NCBI GenBank assembly: GCA_051546255.1
Contig: CP128820.1
Coordinates: forward strand, 248,001-312,000
Direction of reading: 5' to 3'
Origin: Meyerozyma guilliermondii
Lineage: Eukaryota
Length of the DNA: 64,000 nt
In this document: piece after piece, positions 53,698 to 61,984 of the stretch
How positions within the stretch are numbered: position 1 is the first letter of the stretch
How the letters are laid out: each line of letters starts with the position of its first letter
Position numbers and translations under genes: made by a program
The notes under the pieces: generated by a model
Seen by the model: only the letters and a program-made list of their open reading frames with translations
Databases searched by the model: none
What the model was told of the DNA's origin: nothing

Positions 53698-53751
53698 GTG
53701 TACTGGGTGTGTCACCAGTAAGTTGGTATTAGCTATATAAGTACAGTATTC

Positions 53752-55593
53752 TTAAGGACGGAACCGCTTATCGGCTCCTTCATGGTCATCGCCAACCCTC
53801 CGCTTGTTGTTGTAGCTCGGGGAAGCTAGAAGGTTCATTAACAGGTACGAGCCACCCGATTTGAGTGACTTGTCGAGCTCGGAAACCGAAGGTAGCAAGA
53901 GTGATTTTTGTTGTGGATTATTGTGGTGGTGTTGTGGAAGCTCTGACGGTGTAGTGTTGGCAGTGCTGACTGTGGGAAGCAGAGTTTGGGAATATGTGGG
54001 TAATGAGCGTGGAGGATCATCGGAAACGACACCAGAGTCTGTCAATGATCGGCGTGGAAAATAGCTGGTATGAACATCTGGTGTCGGAGGGTCTATAGTG
54101 GGCATGGATGAGGTTCTTCTCACGGGAAGATGGGCGGAGGGGTTTGGGGTCATGATAGGAAATGGATATTGTTGGTAATTCTTGGGCACTTGAGCGGGGG
54201 AGACAGAGCGGTTCCGGTCGATTCTTTCCAGAAGCGACGTTCTTCCAGATGACATTCCATGCAGAGGTTGAGGACTTGATGCTATGATTTGCTGTTTTGG
54301 CTGCGGTAAGCGGGAGGAAGACGGCAGGGTGGTGTGGACGGCTGGAGGTCCCGAGGCTGATAATGGACTATTGCTTTTGGACTCGACTCTTAGCCTTGGA
54401 TCGAGCTCTTGCGGACGTTGCAATGGGTCCATGAAGCTCATGTTACGTTCGTGTGGCTGCTCGGTGGCGCTGTTGAAACGGAAGACTCTGTCTTGAGAGT
54501 AGATGGAAAAGTATGGGTTGAGTGGGTACTGTTGAGGAACGATATTTGGGTTGGATGAGTTTCGCGACTGGGGAGCTGCTGGAGCCATAGGTTGTAAAAG
54601 TGGCTGTTGAAGACGGTTATGGAGTCTGGTACGAAGATCTGCCAATGCCGCGGCGGTGGCTGCTGCGGTAGCTGCTTCTGGAGATGTAACGGGCGAAACC
54701 ACCTTTTTATCTGTTTTTTCCGCCAGTTTTTCCTTCACCAAGAAATCTTGGGTCGATACAAGTCTCTGCAACAATTCTACAACTTGAAGCATTTCCATGT
54801 GCGACTCACGGGAATCGGTCACCACGGCGTCTACACGTGCCGCGAGAGCAAAGCAGTCCGATCTCAAGCTATTGAGGTTGTTGTTAAGCTCTACCACCAT
54901 ATTGGCTGACGCCGAGCCTTGCGGTTGAGCTTGGGTGTGTGGAGCTGGCGGAGCCAATGTGGGGCCACCAGTTGTAGTTCTAGCACTTTCTACTACTTGT
55001 GGGAGCTGTTTCAGAGCCAGCGGAGTCGAGGGCAGCTGTGGAAAATCGTCGTGGTCTCGGTCTTGGGTTATGGAGGCTGGAACCGAGGTAGGAATGGATT
55101 TAATGTTGACGACTTCTTTAGGAGAGTTGACATTTCTCAGTGATCTACGTTTGATGAGACGCAACGAGTCGACGTCTCCCTTGCGGAAATGGCCAGCAGA
55201 GTGCTTAAACTCCCATCTGGAGGATTCTTGTGGCAGGTTGTGAGTGGTGTTGGTTGAGTTGGAATTGGAGTCGGTTGAAGTATCGTCGTTCTGAAATGCA
55301 TCATTCACCTTGTGGAACCCATACATGTTGAGCTGTCGTATGAAAGAGGCAATGTTGGTGTGTTTAAAGTACAACGCCAACACTTTGGAGAATTCTTCTG
55401 TTGGTAAAAGGTAGAATGATTCGTTCGAAGGAGCCCACCAAATTAAATGGCTCAAATCTGGATCTGAAAGCATATCGTAAAGCTTGTGGATAAACACCGT
55501 CTGGGTCTTCCCTGCGGTAGTACTTGGAGTCAGGTTATTACCCTCTCGAGGGGTGATCACCAGCGATGAGCCGGAGCCAAAGGAGTGTGACAT
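53752..55593 (-). CDS. SFL1: HSF-type DNA-binding transcription factor, Sfl1-like
   Basis: FIHKLYDML...LIWW...YFKHTNIASFIRQLNMYGFHKV...WEFKH domain, coiled coil and Pro/Ser-rich tail. ATG at 55593. Confidence 0.8.
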   Translation of the reverse strand: MSHSFGSGSSLVITPREGNNLTPSTTAGKTQTVFIHKLYDMLSDPDLSHLIWWAPSNESFYLLPTEEFSKVLALYFKHTNIASFIRQLNMYGFHKVNDAFQNDDTSTDSNSNSTNTTHNLPQESSRWEFKHSAGHFRKGDVDSLRLIKRRSLRNVNSPKEVVNIKSIPTSVPASITQDRDHDDFPQLPSTPLALKQLPQVVESARTTTGGPTLAPPAPHTQAQPQGSASANMVVELNNNLNSLRSDCFALAARVDAVVTDSRESHMEMLQVVELLQRLVSTQDFLVKEKLAEKTDKKVVSPVTSPEAATAAATAAALADLRTRLHNRLQQPLLQPMAPAAPQSRNSSNPNIVPQQYPLNPYFSIYSQDRVFRFNSATEQPHERNMSFMDPLQRPQELDPRLRVESKSNSPLSASGPPAVHTTLPSSSRLPQPKQQIIASSPQPLHGMSSGRTSLLERIDRNRSVSPAQVPKNYQQYPFPIMTPNPSAHLPVRRTSSMPTIDPPTPDVHTSYFPRRSLTDSGVVSDDPPRSLPTYSQTLLPTVSTANTTPSELPQHHHNNPQQKSLLLPSVSELDKSLKSGGSYLLMNLLASPSYNNKRRVGDDHEGADKRFRP

Positions 55594-57631
55594 AGCCACT
55601 ATAAGGAAAAGGGAAAAATATTTCGCAAAGAGTGGCAGGTCTTAACCAATATAAAGTACAAGAAGCGTTTCACCGAGCTTCAGGTTGCTATGACACAGTT
55701 ATGGATGTTTGAATATGGGTAGAAATAAAAAAAAACTTGGAGATTCGGACTATTTAGTTTCGCACACCCAAAGTACAGGATGCGTTTTTTGCATGAAAGA
55801 TGAACGGCGGCGGCATGCCGAGGAATACGATGGTTCTACGCGGTATAGTGAGCTGGTTTTCAAACCATGAAATGGATGAAATAAGCCAATAACCTTTCGG
55901 TTACAAAGATGCAAAAAGATAAGCTGAAAAACCAAAGATGAGATTTTTATGAGCCTAAATGATGATCACTGTAGACTACAATTTCGCTACGTTGGGAACA
56001 CAGACCGCCGTACGCGGGTTTGTATACTAGATGCGGATGACCCAGATCTTCGTTAACCGCATCTGGAACTTGCGTAGTTTCTCTATGCACCTTGTGCAGC
56101 AACCTGCATCGGGGCATTGTTGCAAGAACTGTTCGGTTCGAGTTTGCAGCGTTGCTAAATGCAACGTCGCGTAGACGAACAATAGTCACTTCCCCTGAGA
56201 GACTGCACACTCTACTGGGGGATGTTTCAGAAACAATCATGCATACCCTCAAGTTCTACCGTTTTACCATGATACCATATTAATGACTGATTCTTCATTT
56301 CTTCATAACCCGCAAATGCCGCGGCTCAGATGGAATTCGGCGAAAGCTTAGTCATCCCTCAAACCTTAATTTCATTATATTCTATTGTGCATTACAAGAG
56401 TTGCCCGATGCATTGAAACTGCGGATAAGAATCTCAGCATTTCAAAGTCATGTGAGGGAAGAAGCAGTGGGGCTATTTTTTAGGGTGTTTATATTTTATT
56501 TTTGCACATGGTTCGGATGCGTGCGCCCAATGTGGCAAGTGGCCGAGGTTGAGTTAATGCGAAACATTTCCAACGGCTTTGGTTCCGTCATCCCCGTCCG
56601 GTGCGCGCACCATAACTCCGCCTTCGCCTACCAAGCAGGAACATGGAGAAAAAAAAAATTTAATATCGACCAGTACGGAAAAATGCAACGTGCGGGATGC
56701 ACATGAAACAAAAATTCACTCAGAGGAAGCTAATTGCGCCGAATCCGGCACGTCGGCAACTTCCGCGGCGTCCACTGTATGCAAGCCTCCCAACTTGAAG
56801 GGCCAGTGGTGCATACTCCTGCTTGCATTTGCAGCAGATACGATGACATCGACATCTGGTACCAAGCATTTCACTAACCTTTACATATACGAATTGATGA
56901 CGACCTTCTCAATACTTGGCATTCAATGCAAACTTTTCCGTGCGCTCATCATACGAGGCTCCGTAATGCGGCTTGACAAAAAATTACTAACAATGCACCC
57001 CCAAACACCCCGCCTATTGGCGACGATTTCATATGAAACGTTACGTCCATTACACCACCATATGCGTCAGGTATTATATGAGGTTTCCACCAGTGGTTTG
57101 CTACATTTAGTCATACTATACGCTTCTGAGCCTCCTACGCGCCTCTCTGAACGGTCTGTAAACAACTTTGCCAATCATCAAAAAGTATCCTTATAAATGA
57201 ATTCAAGTCTCATCTCTATCGTCTACAGTCGTCGTCTAGCTCTTGGTGCCGTGCCATGGCTCTATACAGTCATTCCCTTTCGCACTTTGTCGGTGTCCTC
57301 CAGTAGTCGCGCACCCCTTCATCATTTCTTTTTCGGCAATTGTTCGCATTTTTTTTTCTTTTTCTTTTTTGGCCACTCACTCACTGGCAATTTCCCCCGT
57401 GATCATCATCTCTTTGGTTTTAAACAATCCGTCGCATTAACTTCATTTCATTTTTAAATTTTTAAATTTTCATTTTTGTTGGGGGTTTTTCCATCATAAG
57501 CATCTTTCGATTTTTATCGCCTTCAACTATCCCAATCGTCGCCCTCATATATCCTTCATACTACTCAAATAATCCCATCTGCGACTGATCCTATTGCCAC
57601 ATTTAAAATCCCCTTCCTATATCATATCATC

Positions 57632-59665
57632 ATGAATTCACAGGTCAATAACCAAAACGAAAAGCAAGAAATGCTCCAGGAGGACCAGTTTCGCAACGTG
57701 TTCTTTGACTCATCGAAACGCACTTTTTCCACCCTGTCGCCTTCCGATACGAAACGGGCTCGTCTAGAAGCCCCTGCTCCGTCGCTGAAGGCACCACCGG
57801 CTGTGGATGTTGCTGCCGCGTCATCTCCATCAACAGTGCTGTCGCCAACCACCGCCACCGGTCCCCGCAAGCGCCCTCATTCCCGTAATCCTTCGCAGCA
57901 CGACTTACCCATTTTGCGCAAGTCGTCCGGAAAACTCCCCACTGCATCTTCGACCGCCAAGTCCAAGGCTCCCAAATTCATAAGGAGATTCCGCTCGCGG
58001 TCGCTCCCCATCATCGCTTATAACGGTTCGGCCTCCACTGGTGTGACCTCAGATGGCGCGCCACCGGCACTTTCTCGTGGCATTTTCAACACTCGATTCA
58101 TTACGAATGGTGTACCTTCCGCCGGCACGGCAGCAGCTGCATCCATTGGCTCTGCCCGCGCTGCTGCCGCGGTCTCCTCGTCATCTTCAGCATCTGTTTC
58201 GGTTGTCCCTCCACTTCCACCAATCAACCTTCAAAGTCTTAAGGAGATAGATCTTCATGAAATTCTTAAAAATCCGCAACTCCGTCACGACATATTATTT
58301 GATCCCCAACTCCAGTTCCGCCCCAACTTGGATGGTGAGCGTGGAAAGAGAAAGAAGACCATCATCGACAAATACTGGAATGAAATCCAAAAGGAATGCA
58401 GCCAGTTTTTTGTTCCTTCAGACTCCAAGTCCGCATCGCCCCGCTCTATTTCGCGTCTCCCACTTCTTTTTGCTACCCTCAGAGACATTCTTCTCCTGCT
58501 TTTGCCTTACAAGGACCGCCAGTCTGTCAATGACGTGATGGATATCGACCTCTTAATCCAACAATTGTCGCATGGGTCGTTTGACTTCGTTTCCATGGCA
58601 AGATGGCTTGGTGAAGTATTCAAGTCTCACTGTGCTCCAATGAGAGATGTATGGGTTGCCGAGATGATCAACCGTTTTGTCACTTCATCTGAAACAGGAA
58701 GTGTTGACAAATTGGTACAGGGCTTGCGTATGATTTTCCAAATCTTAGAAGCCATGAAGTTGGACGTTGCTAATCATCAGATAAGAATATTGCGTCCTAT
58801 CTTGATCGAGACCGCAGTTGATTTCGAAAAGGACTATTTCAGTCAGCTTATTCAGCATGCAAAGATCGATATTAACGACTCATTGCGTTGGTTTTACAAG
58901 TCGTATCTCAAAAACAAGGCAAATTTGGGACCATATTTCGATTCCGCGGTGTCCAAGACTGATGACAAAAACTTAAAGTTGGTTGCTGTCGCGGGACTCA
59001 TCAATTTACTTTCGTGCCGTAACATGGCTACCGACTTCCCCTCCACCTTGGCATTCGACCACACTAGGTTGATTCTTCTTAGAGCGGATATTAGGCAACT
59101 TGTTTGTGTTCAGTTGTGCGTAATATTATACAAACAACTTGTTTTCAACAATTACCAGAATGTTAGCGAGAGAAATCAATACTTGCAACCCAACGTGATT
59201 CAAAAGATTCAGGAAGAAGTGTTAGCAATTGTTACTGACGATAATGGCAATGTTAAATGGACAAGAAATGTCAACGCTATTGCTATTCAGTTAACTAAGA
59301 ATGTTGTTACACCAATCAACCCAACTTCCACTCAGAACACGGGTCCATTGCCTCAATCTATGATTGAGTTTGGTTGTGGTTGGTTGATGAAACAAATTCA
59401 ACCTGGGTCTGATGTCTACGGCTTAATGGAGGAGAAGATTTTCAAAGAGGTTTTGACTGACGTTAACAGCACGTTAAAGAAATTCGACATGGATTCAAAG
59501 GTATCATTGAACGACAGCAAAAATGACAACTTTACTAACAAGGCTAAGAATGCAGGTACCGAAATGCTGAATATTGCACATCGAATCGCCACATTGGTCA
59601 GGTTCCATTGGAGTGTGTTTGGCTCCCACTATCGCGAGTATCTTAATGGCATAGAAGCCAATTGA
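57632..59665 (+). CDS. SOK1: Sok1 (T-complex 11 domain protein)
   Basis: RSRSLP, PPINLQSLKEIDLHEILKNPQLRHDILFDP, HCAPMRD and MKLDVANHQ. Confidence 0.93.
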   Translation: MNSQVNNQNEKQEMLQEDQFRNVFFDSSKRTFSTLSPSDTKRARLEAPAPSLKAPPAVDVAAASSPSTVLSPTTATGPRKRPHSRNPSQHDLPILRKSSGKLPTASSTAKSKAPKFIRRFRSRSLPIIAYNGSASTGVTSDGAPPALSRGIFNTRFITNGVPSAGTAAAASIGSARAAAAVSSSSSASVSVVPPLPPINLQSLKEIDLHEILKNPQLRHDILFDPQLQFRPNLDGERGKRKKTIIDKYWNEIQKECSQFFVPSDSKSASPRSISRLPLLFATLRDILLLLLPYKDRQSVNDVMDIDLLIQQLSHGSFDFVSMARWLGEVFKSHCAPMRDVWVAEMINRFVTSSETGSVDKLVQGLRMIFQILEAMKLDVANHQIRILRPILIETAVDFEKDYFSQLIQHAKIDINDSLRWFYKSYLKNKANLGPYFDSAVSKTDDKNLKLVAVAGLINLLSCRNMATDFPSTLAFDHTRLILLRADIRQLVCVQLCVILYKQLVFNNYQNVSERNQYLQPNVIQKIQEEVLAIVTDDNGNVKWTRNVNAIAIQLTKNVVTPINPTSTQNTGPLPQSMIEFGCGWLMKQIQPGSDVYGLMEEKIFKEVLTDVNSTLKKFDMDSKVSLNDSKNDNFTNKAKNAGTEMLNIAHRIATLVRFHWSVFGSHYREYLNGIEAN

Positions 59666-60220
59666 TTCATATTACGACATATCATCACATACATATTCAT
59701 GAACATCAAAGATGAGAAATTGATGACAATAGACGAAGTAAAATTCTGAGTTTCATGGCGGCACAATACTCAAGCCTCCTAAATAATGGTCTGATTTTGT
59801 AGTTTATTTTGCGACCATTTGCATATCAACGTCCAGACTCCGCCACTTTTAACCCAAAAGTAGAAATATTTAAGCGTTTTGCATAATTCTGAAATTTCGT
59901 GCGACTCGTGTTCAACTGCCCAAAACTTCTTTTTTTTTAGAAATCACACTGATCGGAAACGACTTCTTTACTGCGAAAGTAACTTAAGCTGAAGTGCGTC
60001 TTAGGTATATTATTGTTGCAATAGTTGATCCTTGGTTCAACAAAAAGCCAAGAAATTCGATTCGCGCAATTATGATGTAATATGCAACGGTTTGTTGGTT
60101 ACATGTTTCATATTTCATTTGCAGGTTACATATATTTGTTTCAACATTATGACGTAAATGTGTGCCCCACACATGCGAGAGAAAGATAAGGAGATCCATA
60201 CACCTAAATGTGGGGTAAGT

Positions 60221-60757
60221 TCAGAAATCCAACCCCAAGTCATTTATGGATCCATTGATATAGCATAAACGTAATGTGTCGAATTTGGCTTGGAACACAA
60301 CGTTGTATGGGCGTGTGATCTTTCCCGTTGTGATCAACTCTTCAAGGTAATCTGCAAGCTCTTCGCTGGTAATGAAAGGAGAAGAGAACTTTGGCTCGCG
60401 AACGAACGCCATGGCAATTACCACATTAAACGGCATTTTACCTTGTTTCACATAAAGACGGAGAGTACATTCGAACGCGCAAGAACGAGGTTTCCGACGG
60501 AGACCTGCGGTTTCTTGAAGCGAGCCTGACCGTACAAAATGCAATTGCTCGAGATAGCCAATGAGAAGACGTCCCAAATGGGTTTCTGGGGACCCATCTT
60601 CATAAGCACCCGCGGGTTCTTCGTAAGGGGGCCATGAAATAGATGCAGGTTTTCCTTCGGTGTTAACAAACGAGTATTTTTTTCTTATGACCCCTAAAAC
60701 AGCGTTGTAGAAGTTGCGTACAGTGGGGTACAAAATCTGTGTTTTTCTCGTTAGCAT
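60221..60757 (-). CDS. Hypothetical protein (178 aa; 219 aa if the ATG at 60880 is used)
   Basis: Long ORF of ordinary globular composition filling the gap, with no recognised motif. Confidence 0.6.
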   Translation of the reverse strand: MLTRKTQILYPTVRNFYNAVLGVIRKKYSFVNTEGKPASISWPPYEEPAGAYEDGSPETHLGRLLIGYLEQLHFVRSGSLQETAGLRRKPRSCAFECTLRLYVKQGKMPFNVVIAMAFVREPKFSSPFITSEELADYLEELITTGKITRPYNVVFQAKFDTLRLCYINGSINDLGLDF

Positions 60758-60876
60758 GGTTTGACTGAGTATTGTGCTGAGGAAAAAGTGCGATAACAAT
60801 GGTGGGAGGTCGCATTGATGTTTCAGGTTTTGGATTAAAAGTGACGTATCACCACCACATCGCATCCATACATTTT

Positions 60877-61809
60877 TCATGGCTTATCATCGACTGTTTC
60901 ATTAGTGGAATCCAGAACCTTTCTTTTTCTCATAGAGAACACATCGTCGTCTTTTTTGCTCTTGTCGCTACGGTGGGTGCTGGAGGAAGAAACATTATCA
61001 CTTTCGACCATGGGTTCAATTTCGTGCTTCACTTCTTCTTCTTCTTCTTCCTCTTCCTCTTCCTTGATGGAGGGCTCTGTGACAATTGAAGCTCTTCGCA
61101 GTTCTCTGCTACTTCGTATTTCCTGAATAACATCGTCCTCTCGCGATATCGAAGGTGATGGTAGTGAAGAGTAATTGTACCCATCGTCGTCTTCGTAAGT
61201 ATACTCTTGGCCCAATGTCATATCATTGGCGCGTCCGCCGCGTACCGACGATGCTATGTTGTTGACGATGGTTTGAAAGGTTAGACTGTTGTTCAATGCT
61301 TGGGAAAGTTGTTTTGATTCTGGTTCTTGCTTGGCAACCGGTTCGTTTATCTTCTTTAAATACTCTTCAACAAAAGGCATAGCTTTGTTCTTATTTGAAG
61401 ACTTGATGGATTCAGTTACCAGCTGCAACCTCACATTATTTTCCACATCATCCACTGTCAACACGGACTGGATCACCTTCAAATACAGCCCTGTCATTAC
61501 TCCTACCACGATTCCAAAGAACGCACTGACCATAAGATAATGAACCATGTTTATGATAAAGAACCGGAAGTGAGGGAAGGTTTGTACCAATGTCAGCACC
61601 GATGGATCCCCGAGTTCCATCCAGTAAAATACTGGCTTGAAGGGAAGATATATGAAAGTATAGTTGAGCACTTTCAATACTTGGAATGCTGGAATGAGCC
61701 AAATATGTAGAACAAGGCTATAGAAAAAGTATGCTATGGGAAACACGATATGTGTGATGGGAATTGCAGCCACCCAAAGGGCTGACGTAGCCCACTCTGT
61801 TATCAGCAT
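60877..61809 (-). CDS. Membrane protein with acidic tail, Ldb16-like (candidate seipin partner)
   Basis: N-terminal hydrophobic segments including YLMVSAFFGIVVGVMTGLYL, then a disordered Ser/Glu-rich tail with poly-E. ATG at 61809. Confidence 0.75.
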   Translation of the reverse strand: MLITEWATSALWVAAIPITHIVFPIAYFFYSLVLHIWLIPAFQVLKVLNYTFIYLPFKPVFYWMELGDPSVLTLVQTFPHFRFFIINMVHYLMVSAFFGIVVGVMTGLYLKVIQSVLTVDDVENNVRLQLVTESIKSSNKNKAMPFVEEYLKKINEPVAKQEPESKQLSQALNNSLTFQTIVNNIASSVRGGRANDMTLGQEYTYEDDDGYNYSSLPSPSISREDDVIQEIRSSRELRRASIVTEPSIKEEEEEEEEEEVKHEIEPMVESDNVSSSSTHRSDKSKKDDDVFSMRKRKVLDSTNETVDDKP

Positions 61810-61984
61810 ATGTAAACAATTGGGGTAGTTTGTTTTGTACGATTGCGGTGAACTTATATGCGCCCATCTGCAGGAACAGGGTCCAGAGCATACCAACACT
61901 CCATTTATAGGGGTGGTTGGTATCAAACCTACAACTTGAACTAAAGGTTACTTTTCATAAAATTTTAGTTTGAATTCTCAATTT

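Noticed and set aside
56135..56145. GGTTCGAGTTT resembling a tRNA B box
   Set aside because: No T-arm stem, A box or cloverleaf around it.
56777..57070. Possible intron (GTATGC...TACTAAC at 56985...CAG at 57070) upstream of SOK1
   Set aside because: It lies upstream of the likely TATA box, the branch-to-AG distance is long, and no sensible exons result.
56579..57457. ORFs of 205 aa and 86 aa in the SFL1-SOK1 spacer
   Set aside because: One has a non-ATG start, the other's ATG overlaps the TATA box, and the peptides are low-information translations of promoter/UTR sequence.
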